Both the position numbers and the translations under genes were made by a program. From Callorhinchus milii (lineage: Eukaryota), in assembly GCF_018977255.1 (NCBI RefSeq), contig NW_024704742.1, positions 16,618,001 to 16,682,000 on the forward strand: a stretch of DNA of 64,000 bases, read 5' to 3'. Positions 49,201 to 61,760 of this stretch are shown piece after piece; position 1 is the first letter of the stretch; every line of letters starts with the position of its first letter. The notes under the pieces are model-generated. The model did not search any database. It had not been told where the DNA came from and saw nothing but the letters and a program-made list of their open reading frames with translations.

Positions 49201-51091
49201 GGTGAATTTGCTCGCTACAATTTTCTCCTTCTGTCTCCTGAAGGTGCAGGTTCATGTTGGGGTATGCTGGACATCCTCCAATAATCCTTACCTAAGTGGA
49301 CATTCTTGATGTATGGGCTTGACAGAGAATGTGGACAGACTGTTCATTCAAGGGCATTGAAATCGAAACTAAGCGTGTCCATATTTTCTAGCAGTGATTA
49401 CTGGAGAGTGATTACCAGTGAGAAAGCTAACTGATACCCCAACCAACCCGCATCTTAGAGATGCTGAAGACAATTGTACTGCCCCCATTGGGTTTGTAGG
49501 ACTCGATTTCAATTTGGGCAGTGTCTTAGCTACTTAGCTACTCTTAGACTACTATCGTAGCTCACTGGGGGAAACTGATGCTTTTCTAAGGTTCAAATCG
49601 AGGAATATTGTTCATGTTTTTAATCCATCCTTTAGAAATGGAAATCCCATTCATCCAAACAAATCTTCTGTTAGATAATTGACTCTCATTCTGCTTATCA
49701 ACCCCCTCCCCGAAAATCTGTGACAATGCAAAGACATTGCAGAGAAGAGACCCATTGTTAAAGGGATGAAATATAAGGAACAATTAGATAAGGTTCAGCA
49801 TGTCAGTCTCAAAAAGAGACATCTCACAGGAAGGCTTATAACATCAACTTTCATTTATATAGGTCTTTCAAGCAGGTAGTGTCTCGGAGTGTTTATGGAG
49901 GCATACAAGATTCTAAATGGGATAGAAAGGTAAACCTGAAACAATATGCCCACAACAAAATCGCATAGGTTCAGGTATATTTTTCCTTTAATTCCTCAAT
50001 CCTTTGTTTATGATACTGTTTATCCCAATTTCCAATAACATAATCGTCTTACGACTGCATTGTCTTATTAGTCCTTGCTCTATTTTCGTTACTTTTGGCC
50101 CTGGGAAGCAATTCATAGTTTAATTTGTGTTATCTATGCAAAACTCACTATCATGAGATGCTGGGTTGTGAATACTCAAAATTAATTTGATGCAGAACCT
50201 TTACAGCTGGCAAAAATGGAAAGCTTCTCGTTCTCAGTCATTTGGTGCATTCAAATGCAAGTCGAGAGATTTTAAAAAAAGGTGCAGAAACCCACTACGC
50301 AATCCAGATTGACCTCTGTCAAATTGGTGTTCTAAAAAAAATGGCAATTGTGCTATTTTTGGTACTGGATAGCACATTAGTTAGATGAAAAATGTGAATT
50401 TCTGATTTAAACAAATTATTTTTTCTTGAAAATTATGGGATTTTCTTTGTGGGTTTTGATGAAGTGATCCAGTTCATTTCCCATTTGATTTCCCCATGAA
50501 TAGTTCCCTTTCCTCCTATCCTACATGCTTTTGACTAGGTCTGTGAGTCACATTGTGTAGTACTTGCCTTTTTCATCCTGTTAAAGCACTCCATAAAAAT
50601 ATGCTTGTTCTGGGAATATATTATCTTTCACTTTAATGTACAGCTTAAGCTGCATATGACAATCTCTTTTGGACTTTGCTTTCACATAGTAGACTTTTTG
50701 GGAGTCTTATTCTCCTCATGAAGGAGATTTTCTCATGCATATGGTTATTGACTGCCCAATCTCTTACCATTGTCCACCTGACTGCCATTTCTGCTTAGAA
50801 AATGATTGTTTTTGCATCTGGTCTACAAATGCATGGTCAGGACTGTCTGCATACTTATATACATTTTCTGATCAGCTGAATGAGTTGGCATTGGCCATTT
50901 TGTATGTTCAATTGGGAATTAGCTTGATTGCCTTCTGCTATAGCATGAAATGTTGAAGGCAAAATCCTTTTGAAGCACAAGAATACTCCTGATGCAGCAT
51001 CTTGTCCAATAAAAAGGTAATCATTTGCTTTTTCAAAGGAATTAGAATTTACCGTATTTGTTTTGTACCCTTCAGCTGCCTTAACTATATA

Positions 51092-51303
51092 TAATAATAA
51101 TAATCCTTGCATTTGATATAGCGCTTTTCATGTCTTCTAGATGTCTCAAAGCACTTCACAGAATATGTAAAGTGTAAAGTGAATTGACTGTATATTTGTG
51201 GGCGAAACTCGGCAGCCAATTGCGCACAGTAGTGTTCCACAAACAGTCGTGGATTGAAAATGACCAAGTTATTATTATTTTGTTTTTTGGAGGGATTATT
51301 ATT
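51092..51303 (-). mobile_element. 5'-truncated SINE
   Basis: Body and tail match the SINE family; no head. Confidence 0.9.
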
Positions 51304-53069
51304 AAGTGTGACCAGTATATGGTAGAGTCCCTTCCTAATCTGACAAATTTTAACACAGCAAAAGTAGTTTTGGATTTCACCACATCAATCCTGAACTTTA
51401 AGTTTTAAGTTTTTATTAACTGGAAAACAGCTTTTCAAAAAAAAATTAAACCAAAGATTTAACCACATTTTAAAAACAAATTACTACTTCATCCAAAATG
51501 GATGAGGGAAAACTAAGAAAAAATAGAAACCAAATAAATATTAAAAGTTTAGGTTATTAGAAAAAGGATTGAAATAGATAGATAGATTGGACTGAAAAAT
51601 TATTAAAACTGAGTATTATTTAAAATTGATTTGATTTACTGGATATATATCGTCATTACAATGAAAAGAGGTTATATATCTATATATTTATATATATATG
51701 ATAAAATTATTGTGCAAATATATAGATAACTTTATAGTCAAAAGGCTGTTGACATGAACACAATTCCTGCCTAATAAAGCAACCCTTTTTGATGTTTCTT
51801 CTGATCATCTTGTCAAATTACAAAAAAACTTAACATTTAAAGAGAAGAAAAATTAGCATGTCTTCAGCTCAAAGCCAAACAGTCATAATGTGGAGATTTG
51901 AGTTAAACCTTTTAAAACTCTTAATTGGATGCAGGAATTTTGTGAATGAGTTGGAGGCCATTATAGAATAAAGCTTATTATGCAGTACAAAAATGATACT
52001 TAATGTTTACAAGGTATTGGCTAATGTATAGTTACTTTTTGTTTTATAGATTAATCCCTCGACAGGCAGCAGTTCACTAATTTGGTACTCCCAGGGCAAG
52101 TTCACCATGCACACTGAGCCTTAACAATCCCATAAAATGTGGACACAGTGGTATTAAGCGCTGTCTGGCAAGCTTCTGCTGCCACTTACGAAACCCAGGT
52201 GGGATCCCCTTACCTGTCAGGGCTTTGGCTTCCAAAATTAGCAGGAGCTGAGTGGGACGAATCCTGCTCCCAGTGACTGGTCTGCCCCCTCCCAAGTCCT
52301 GCTGATGAGCCAGGCTGGTTGGGCTCTCAGCAGCAGCGTCCTTGAGTATTACGGACCCACCTGGCTCAGGAGCCGGACGACAGAGAGTGCCTTGATTCCG
52401 ACATTGCAATGCTAAGCACATCACCTTGGAACCAGCTCAGCTGGAAGATTCTCATAGAATGAAAAACAGCTTTGCAAGGAGATTTTACAACCAACAAAAC
52501 ATGGAAAACATGACAGGTTCCATTATAGTTGCAACCAAGTCAATCCTGTCACAATTACAAGATCACAAGATTGTTTTGGAGAAAGAAAGCCCTTTGGCCC
52601 AATTGATCTCATCCTTTCAGAAAAAAACTCTTACTGTATTCCCATTACTGTGTCCAGGGGTGCTTTAAATGAGTCCAGCATCCTGGCCTCAAACATCTAG
52701 AAAGTAGAATGTATGAATGAATGCAATTAGTTGCAGTGGTTTAACGGTGTAAAACATTTTTTTGTGATTTCTGTTGTTTCAACAATGAAACATATGTATT
52801 CTCCTGAAGCACCCATATTCCACAGACAATTCTGGAACTTTAAATCCATAGCTTTAAAATATAGTTGCTGACTGTCTGAAAACTGACTCCAAACATTAGT
52901 TTCTCAACCAGCTGACTGCTAGAAAATTGAAGTTAATTTGGTTGAATTATGGCAATGACTTGGTCAATCGTTCAAATTGTGTTTTTATTCAGCGTCAAGT
53001 TATCCAAGACTTGATGAAATTATCCATCTCGCTCAGGGAGCTTGACCTGTTCATTGCAATTATTTACAC

Positions 53070-53427
53070 GGAGTCCTGCAGCTCGGTGGTGAGAGCACTC
53101 GCCTCGCAAGTGAGAGACCTAGGTTCTATTCCCGACAAATCAAAATGTTGGGCAAGTTTCCTTACTCCACACACCTCTGTTTACCTAGCAGTAAGGAACC
53201 CAGTTGTTAGTCAATTGGCGGATCGTTTTTCCAGGGATAATAATCCCCCCAAAAAACGATAATAATTTGGTCACTCAATCCACAACTGTTTGTGGGACTG
53301 CTGTGCACAATTGGCTGCTGGTTTAGCCCACTTTACAGAATATTCTGTGAAGGACTTTGAGACATCTAGAAGATGTGAAAAGAGCAACATGAAATGCAAA
53401 GATTATTATTCCTATTATTATTATTAT
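53070..53427 (+). mobile_element. tRNA SINE, long subfamily
   Basis: GGAGTCCTGCAGCTCGGTGG...CACACCTCTGTTTACCTAGCAGTAAGGAACCCAGTTGTTAGTC...tail. Confidence 0.9.
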
Positions 53428-53955
53428 ATCAGCAAATGGTTAAGTGTGAGGCCTGGCTGATGGAATAAATGCAAGATAAAATGCTTTTAATTTTTTTTAA
53501 TTCAAATTTGTTTGTACTCTCCTACCAGTCTCCTAAAAGATCACTGATTACTGGGAAGATAATGATGAATTTTGTTTGGCTATGGGTTGTTACTTCACTG
53601 GAAATAAAGATAAAACATTTTTTTTAGAAACTTGGTTTATGTTCACAGCTGCCTGCTAGCAGAGAACAATTGTACATAGAATGCAATGCGAGTTTAAGAG
53701 TGCCTGAAGGAGTATCATTTGATCAAATTCAGAACGTTTCTGTTCTGACCACAAGCTGAAGTACAGGGGGAATAAAAGCACAGGACCAATATGTATGCAT
53801 GCATGGAAGCACAACAGTTAAAGGCTAGACGCAGGACTGCATTTTTCAACATTCAGTTAAAAAATATTTGGTTTGGATCAAAAAGCAAACTTTTCATATT
53901 GTTGTGTATGCAGATGTGGCAAAAATGGTGGTTGATAATTTTTTGTGTGAATTCT

Positions 53956-54270
53956 TAATAATAATCGTTGCATTTGATATAGCACCTTATCACGTCTTTG
54001 AGACATCTTAAAGTGCTTCACAGAACATACTGTGAAGTGAATTGACTCTATATTTTGTGGGTGAAACCTGGCAGCTAAATGTGTCCCACAAACAGTTGGG
54101 ATTGACCAAATTATTGTTTTTATGAAGGATTATTATCCCTGGAAAAGCCAATCGACTAACAACCAGGTTCCTATTTACTGCGAGGTAAACAGAGGCATGT
54201 GGAGCAAGGGAACTTGTCTAATGTTTCGCCTTGCCGAGAATCGAACTCAGGTCCTGTCTCTTGCGAAGCA
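53956..54270 (-). mobile_element. tRNA SINE, long subfamily, diverged
   Basis: Reverse tail, body, CCAATCGACTAACAACCAGGTTCC segment and B box. Confidence 0.85.
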
Positions 54271-54664
54271 TGAGGGTGTTCTTGTGATGTTCAAGGTCAG
54301 AGATGTTACTGACGAGGAGCAGAACACAATACCACTTGTTGTACTAAATTTAGTTGCAAGCATTCTCAGGCCGAATACATAATATAGGTTAAATTCATAT
54401 ATAATGACACATTTGTCCACAAAGTACAATCATACAGTATATCCTGTCAACTGCTTTGATATGTTTCAACAGCATACTAAGGTGATATATCAAATCCAAG
54501 GATTATTATTATTATGTTAATATATAACAGTTTAAAGTAGGAGTATACTATAGATTCATCTTGCCTTCATTTTGATACATCTATCTCATTGCTAATAATT
54601 GCTCTGAGACACTATCCTATGTAAAAGGTGCTATGAGGATTATCCGACTTTTTCCTATACAAAG

Positions 54665-55170
54665 TGCAGATTAACCAGAACTATCCCACCTGTGTCCTTT
54701 CCCATACTATCCTCCACGAGCCTATCACCCCCATCCTCACCACTCCACTGGCTCCTCATGCCCCAGTGAGTTCAAGATCCTCGCTCTTATCTTCAAATGT
54801 CTCCAGGGACTTTGTCCCATCCTATCTACGTGACCACTTCAAACTCTGCGAACCTGGCCACTTCCTTTGCTTAGCAGCACTGACCTGCTTCATACACCCC
54901 AAGTTACCTGCTCCTCCATCGAAGGTCAGGCTTTCAGCCTATCTTCTCACTCTCTAGAACTGCATCCCAGTGTCCCTCTGACTCATCCCCTTCCCTCGCA
55001 CCCTTCAAGTTGCATCTCAAGATCGTTTTTGACTGTGCCTTCAGTCATCTTTCCCCGCCCCACCCATCTCAGTTCCCATTCCATCTTGGGTGCCAAGCCA
55101 GGACACCCAAACCCCATGGGATGTCCTCCCATGTGAAAGGTGCTATATAAATGTAAATTGCCTTGTATTG
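54665..55170 (+). mobile_element. Old L2 3' fragment
   Basis: HEPITPILT..HW; GGGATGTCCTCCCATGTGAAAGGTGCTATATAAATG tail. Confidence 0.75.
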
Positions 55171-55224
55171 TTTATATGTAAATGGGAGCATTTGTTGTTG
55201 ATGATTTTTTTCAATTTCCAGCAA

Positions 55225-55450
55225 GAATCATAGACATTTTTTTAGCATAGAAGAAGGTCATTCACCCCTATGTGCCACTGCTACCTGTTTTTCTGTCATC
55301 TTGTTTTATTAAACTTTTCAGCTCTTCCTCCATATTCCTGAATGTTTTTACTTCTCAGGTGCTTATCTAGTTTCTTTTTCAAACCCTTTATAGTTCCAAG
55401 TTTCATCTCCTGTGCTGGTAGCATAGCTATCACCTGTTTACTTAAAACAA
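55225..55450 (-). mobile_element. CR1 3' end, decayed
   Basis: KKKLDKHLRSKNIQEYGGRAEK. Confidence 0.7.
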
Positions 55451-56134
55451 GTCTCCCTTGCACTTCGTATTCTCTTTTGAAGTCCATATTTTTGAAGCAT
55501 TGACACAGTCAAATTCTTTGTACATTACCACAATGTGTACTTTAATGTACCAAAACTACACTACATTTTCATTGCCAACCTGTTTCGGCTCTGTGATTAA
55601 TGTGCCTGAGGCATATTATTTAACACAATCTGAGTTGCTAGGCTATCCCTCATTTTTTGTGCAGGACTCAGAGTGGTGCTGTGCATACTGAAGGCACAGA
55701 CATGGTATGTCATGATTTGTCCATTGTGCAAACGTTGGATGTTTAAGGAAGAAATCCATTCCTGTAGTGCAATCAGTGCACCTGGGCTTTGCGTTCATCG
55801 AGTAATGCTGAGAGCAAGTTTATACATATCCTTGCACATCAACATTAATTGTTAGATTCCAGGTTCAGTTTGGGACTCTAATAAGAGACAATTATTTAGT
55901 TAGACACATTATGCTTCGGCAAGGCTCCAGGCTGTCAGCTAAACAGTACCCATCTATGGAACACTGACTTGTTTATTTGTTTGTTAAATTGAACACGGCT
56001 ATTGGGAATGGAGATGTTGCACTCTTCAGAAAAACATTGTGAATAGCTCAATAATGTGAGCTCAATAACACTGAGAATAGCACTGAGATTATTAGGTGAT
56101 GGCTGATCCATTATGAAGACTGTGCTTCTGAGCA

Positions 56135-56630
56135 GGTTGCTTCGCGACCACATTACACCCACCCTCGCTCGCCTCCACCGGCTTCCCATCCCCCAGAGGA
56201 TTGAATTCAAGATCCTCATTCTCACCTACAAGGCCATTCATGGCCTTGCTCCCTCCTAGCTCTCCGACCTACCTACCTGCCTGTACCCTCCGTTCCTCTG
56301 GCTCCGGTCTGCTCCACATCCCCCGCCCCAACCGCCCTACCATCGGTGGCCGGGCCTTCAGCCTCTCAGCCCCTAGGCTCTGGAACTCCATCCCCCAGTG
56401 CCTTCGCCTTGCTTCCTCCCTTTCCTCCTTCAAGGCCAGTCTCAAGACCTTTCTCTTTGACCTTACCTTCAGCTCCCCTCTCGACTCTCTTCCCCCTCCT
56501 CGCTCCCTCCCTTCCCTCCCCTCACCCTGACCATTTCCCCCTTGCTCGGGTCCTGACCCAACTGTCCAGTGCCTGGAGACATCCTCCCGACGTGAAAGGT
56601 ACTCTATAAATGGAATCTTGTTGTTGTTGT
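56135..56630 (+). mobile_element. Young L2 3' fragment
   Basis: Near-identical to 47050-47599. Confidence 0.94.
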
Positions 56631-57125
56631 TTCTTCATACTTTTTCATTCAGATAAATGTAAAGCTTCAAAACAACTACATGTTTATACCCAAGGGTGTA
56701 TCCTCCCTTGTACAGTTGTAGACTTGAGCAGTCTTCCATGTCACTCAAACTCTTTGATCAATATACCCAAAGATTTTATTAGTTTGCTTTTTTTTCCTGT
56801 GTCTAACATTTTACAATCTATAAAAGATGTGAAACACAAATCCCCATCCTGCCCTCATTCCATTGTTCTTCCACAGCCGTTCATCTTACCACATCTGTAA
56901 TTTCCTATTAACTTCTCGAAAGCTACTCCGGTTCCCTGGCTCCCCTGTGTTTCCATTGGCAACGTCACACAGGCAATATTAACAATAACCTTGAGAAACT
57001 TGTGCTGTAATGATCAATTATCTGTATTAATGAAGAATTTCAACAGAATACTACATCACTTCCATATCATCCAAAACTCGTGTCAGGATGCTACGATAGT
57101 TTCGTTAACAATCTCTCTATGATGT

Positions 57126-57557
57126 TGTTAGGTTCTTTCTACCGTAATTGGATCCTCACCATTAATTAATAAAGATCTGAACGCAGAGTTGTACAATCAA
57201 GACAGTTTATTCAACAATGTAACAGAATATACTACCAGATAAGCAGTCTTGCCTGATGACCAGCACTCGGCTCAGCAACCTGTAGTTCTTACTCTGTGGA
57301 GCTCAACTTTTCTTTGTGTGTCTGATGTATTTATACCCAGCTAGTTGTGATCTGCTCATGATGGTATTTTTCCACTAGCAAATGTGCCCTGCTGAGACTA
57401 GTTTTCCTCCTTATCTAGCTCCTTGTCCGTACTCTCTGTTCTTCCTCATTCAGTATGTTTTCATAACCTTGTATTTCCATGGTGTCTAGTCAGGCGCCCT
57501 ACTCACAGGTCGCTGCATATGAGCCATCAATTCTGTTAACCTTTTCTTATACTAACA
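57126..57557 (-). mobile_element. Candidate solo LTR (432 bp)
   Basis: Inverted termini TGTTAG...CTAACA; flanks ATGT/ATAT (4 bp, 1 mismatch); minus-strand TATAAATA (57335-57328) upstream of AATAAA (57211-57206). Confidence 0.65.
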
Positions 57558-58216
57558 ATATCTCTTTATAATGTGTACTGGTGATGTCTCTATTCAACAG
57601 AATTAAAGCACAAGATAAATCCCAGTACACTTAGATGGAATTACTCTGTTGCTTGACTTACTGATACAGGTTTTGGGAAGCCTCCTGGTATTGCTGCTCA
57701 AAGATCTGTTTAAGGACAGACCGCTCTGGTTGAGCTATCAGGAGGATGCCAGCTCCCGTTGATCAGTCCATCTGCTTTACCCCATTCCCCAAAAGTATCC
57801 TTCTTTTGGGGAATGGAATAAAGCAATGTTTCCTTGGAGCTGAGCTGCACTTTCCACCTTCCATTAATGCTCCTATGAATCCTCCTCCACTTTTATCTCC
57901 TCACCCTCATCACCTCTTGTTGACCCTTCATCAGATGGCCATGCTAGTAGCTGAGCTGGTGTGTGCACATGTAAGTAATAATGCTGGACCTGATGTTACA
58001 CTTGGACTCAGTACAGACGATATGCCTCTTTCCTATCTTTCCCAGTCATTGCCTCTCTTGAGGGGCTTAGACAACCTATGGATGTGGCTATCAATAAATG
58101 GAGATAAAGACCTGAAATCATACTCAGGATAACTTTGGATATGTTGTAATTATAGTGTTGTATCATATAAACATATAAGTGGTTACAATTTAAACAAAAA
58201 TACACTTATCTTTTGT

Positions 58217-58252
58217 GTTCTGACGAAGAGTCGTGGACCCGAAACGTTGACT
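58217..58252 (+). ncRNA. Hammerhead ribozyme motif
   Basis: GTT-CTGACGA-A-GAGTC-GTG-GACCC-GAAA-CGTT-GAC; one mismatch in stem II. Confidence 0.7.
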
Positions 58253-58353
58253 CACTTTCCTTTCTCCATAGATGCTGCCTGACCGACTGAGTTTTCCCAG
58301 CTCTCTCTGTTTTTGTTTCAGATTTCTAGCATTTGCAGTATTTTGTGTTCTGA
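58217..58353 (+). mobile_element. 137-bp Penelope-derived mini-insert beginning at the hammerhead motif
   Basis: Matches 21463-21565 and extends to the terminal sequence; exact 15-bp TSD ACACTTATCTTTTGT at 58202-58216 and 58354-58368. Confidence 0.9.
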
Positions 58354-58588
58354 ACACTTATCTTTTGTTTAGAAAAACTATAATATTGGTCCAAATCAGC
58401 AGTCACTTACATTACTTTCACTATCTTCATACACCCAGAAATCTTCATCATTCTCTTGTGCGTCATCAACTATATTTGAGTTGATGGCCCTTCACCAATA
58501 TCACCCATGGGCACTATTTAAGAGTCTTGATTCTTACGGATGGATTGTAATATATTTCTAATCTTTCATCAGCATCAATATTTCAGTT

Positions 58589-58775
58589 ACACTTTTCATT
58601 AAAATCCCTCCTGAGACCATTGCCCTCACATTCACTGATTTATGGCACAACTTTAAGTGTGACCATGTCCTTTACAGTTCTACATTACCGTGGCTGGCTA
58701 TCAGTGTTAAACACCCACCCTTGCATTCTTCTTGACGTTGTGAATCTAATTCTTGGACTCCTCCCACCTCCTTGA
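58589..58775 (-). pseudogene. Decayed Tx1/L1-type ORF1 (gag-like) zinc-knuckle remnant
   Basis: QGWVFNTDSQPR*C.NCKGHGH...C (frameshifted) followed by a second 14-codon C..C-spaced knuckle relic CEGNGLRRDFNEKC (58630-58589). Confidence 0.5.
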
Positions 58776-60342
58776 AGATCTCTCAAGGGCATTGTTGACT
58801 AGCTCCACTCATAACCTTCTGTCGTGACCTTGCTCTTACATTACTTTCACTATCTCTGGGGTTGGCACCCCACCACTTGAAAACAAAATTTAACTTCTGG
58901 CTATTATTGGATGCATTAAGGGCATTCAAGTTTTTTCTGTGAATTGTGCCTTTCGCAGTGATATCTCTGGTCCACTAATATGAAAACTCTACACTCCGCG
59001 GATGTATTACTGAAAACATCTCCTTAAAATATTCATTCTGCTTGTCAAGCACTCTTATTAGCAACTCCATTGGTCTTTGGCTCCGGTTGACTTGAACCCA
59101 TCCGCCCTATAATAGCCCTTTATCTAAAGCATCCAGCCCAGTGCATTATCCAGGCAGGCTTACAGGTCAACAACATTTTTCCTAACATTCCCAAGTAGGA
59201 AATTGCCTCTGCAATCGTAGCAGAAAATAGATGCCATTCTCTTAGCTGTGATCTCATCAGTCTGTGGGTTCTTTGCTCAGCAGCTGCAGCAATTGTATTC
59301 AATCAGTGCAAGATATGAGAAAATAGTGTGTAGAGAGAAGACGCAGCCTAATTTGTGCTAATGCAAGTTGCTGTCAATCATTCATATTTGCCCCAACACA
59401 GAAGCTTGCAAACGTACGGGTAAGCACTCAGAGCTATTAGCGGGTATCCTTTGTTAATTTGTAGCATCTACTTTTGTCATCTCCTTCACTGTGGACACAT
59501 AAGCATTGTATTATTCAGCTCACCCAAGGTATACTATCTTTTTATGATACAATCCATTATACTCAATTAGAATGACATATCTTTAGAAAATATCATCCGG
59601 CATTTAATCATTCGACCCAGAAAAAAATCTAGGCTAAAGTTGAATACAACCTTACTGCAGATTTTATTATATTGATCCAATTTTTACAGATTATTTTCTG
59701 CCCTTTGGATTTGTTTTCTTTCTCACTTCTATAAGGAGGTGTTGGATCAATAAAAGGTGATCAGGGAAACAATCATCAAACACTGAGAAGAAAATGATAG
59801 GTTGCTCTGCTGACATTCTTATTTTAAACCAAAGAAAATGGGTGGATGCACAGCAGCATTGCTCAATTGCTGTGGTGAATAATATTGAAACATTGTGATT
59901 ATATCAAGCAGAATAGACATTCATGTGCATTCAAGTCAACATCTGCATGTGGTTCAGATGCAAGCCAACTCCATATATATAAACATATCACTTTTTGGGG
60001 GGTGGGGTTTCCTGTGACATTCTACGCTGAAATTCTGCACTCAGCAGCTGGATTTGTTTTAAATGCCACAGTTGCCAGCAATATCTTCAATTGTTAGGAT
60101 GACCACAAGAAGGTCAAACATCAGAAAATGAAATCCCTTCACTCTCTGAAGCATTTACAGGAGTGAGTGAACCAATTCCACCTCACTCAACCCAACCATT
60201 CTTATAGCTTGGCTATGCATTTGTCCGAATAGTACAAAGTCATGGATAGTTTTATTTTGTGAACTCTCATTTATTGTGAATTGAATTGAGGCTGCTGACT
60301 CGTTTTGTCTGCAGATTGGATTTGAATTTCAGACCCAAGGAT

Positions 60343-60671
60343 AATAATAATAATAATAATAATAATCCTTGCATTTGATATAGCGCTTTTCACGTCGGGA
60401 GGACGTCCCAAAGCGCTTCACAGAACACACTGTAAAGTGAATTGACTGTATATTTATGGGCGAACGCGGCAGCCAATTGCGCACAGCAATGTCCCACAAA
60501 CAGTCGTAGATTGAAAATGACCAATTTATTATTGTTTTTGGTTTTTGGAGGGATTATTATTAGGCTCTGTGTGGAGTAAGGAAACTTGCCCAAGGTTTCG
60601 CCCTGCCTGGAATTGAACTCAGGTCTCTCGCTTGCAAAGCGAGTGCTCTAACCACTGAGCTACAGGTCTCC
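60343..60671 (-). mobile_element. tRNA-Ala SINE, short subfamily, young
   Basis: Full length; TSD CAAGGAT at 60336-60342 and 60673-60679. Confidence 0.95.
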
Positions 60672-61000
60672 ACAAGGATGGAGAGTAACTGTGCAAACCA
60701 GGCATAAACATTTGTAACAAATTTGATCTTTGGCTTTGCCAGGTCCAACGTGAAGAACGTGGACCACGAAGGAATGCATGCAGCACAGGATGCTGTAACT
60801 GTACCACCAGAGATGATGGAAACCCGTACATTTGTTGTAGTGCCTATCATATCAAATACACTTCAAAGGCATTTGCTGTTATTCCAGTACCTGTGTATCT
60901 GAAGCCAAACCAAGCAGTCACTATGCGTAAAGCAAAGTGATACAAATAGCCATTAGATAAATGACCAATTTGTCTGGATAATTATTGATCAGAAACACAG

Positions 61001-61303
61001 AATAATAATAATAAATATTCCTTGCATTTGATAAGGCGCTTTTCACATCTTCTCGACATCTCAAAGCGCTTCATAGAATAGACTGTAAAGTGACTGTATA
61101 TTTGTGAGCGAAACACGGCAGCCAATTGCGCACAGCAGTGTCCCACAAACAGTCAATGACCAACTTATTATTGTTTTGTTTTGGAGGGATTATTATTAGG
61201 CGTGTGGAGTAAGGAAATTTGCCCAAGTTTCGCCCTGCCTGGAATTGAACCCAGGTGTCTCACTTGCAAAGCGAATGTTCTAACCACTGAGCTACAGGAC
61301 TCC
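61001..61303 (-). mobile_element. tRNA-Ala SINE, short subfamily, apparently inserted in an older DeuSINE relic (about 60930-61395)
   Basis: Full length; flanks carry AAATGACCAATT and GGCAGAGGGGCCCTCAGTTTAAC Deu-type remnants. Confidence 0.9.
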
Positions 61304-61419
61304 AGAAGAATTCTATTCACTTTTTGATGAATATTCCAGAATCTTTGGGGCCTATCTAAACAGGCAGAGGGGCCCTCAGTTTAACAGCTCAAGCTTCTCA
61401 CAATGCAATGCTTTTGTAC

Positions 61420-61760
61420 TATTCAACCTGGACCTTGTGAAGCAAACGTTGAGAATAGTAGAACCAGAGGACACGACCTGCGATTGAAGGGGGGTCAATT
61501 CAGAACAAATCTGCAGAAACACTACTTCAGTGAGCGAGTAGTAAACTTTTGGAATAGGCTTCCAAGAGAGACATTGAAAGCAGAAAATATCATTTGTTTC
61601 AAGCACAAATTGGATAGATTTCTGCTGGAAAATAATATCTTGGGATACAATATATAGTTTGGGACACGACGTGTCAAGCAATTGCTAGGATGGTGGAAGG
61701 CGAACTGGATGTTGACCTTGATCTTCCTTCACCTAGCAAATTTTTACGTTCTTGTATTCT
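61420..61760 (+). mobile_element. CR1 3' end (second subfamily)
   Basis: RTRGHDLRLKGGQFRTNLQKHYFSERVVNFWNRLP...FKHKLDRFL. Confidence 0.9.
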
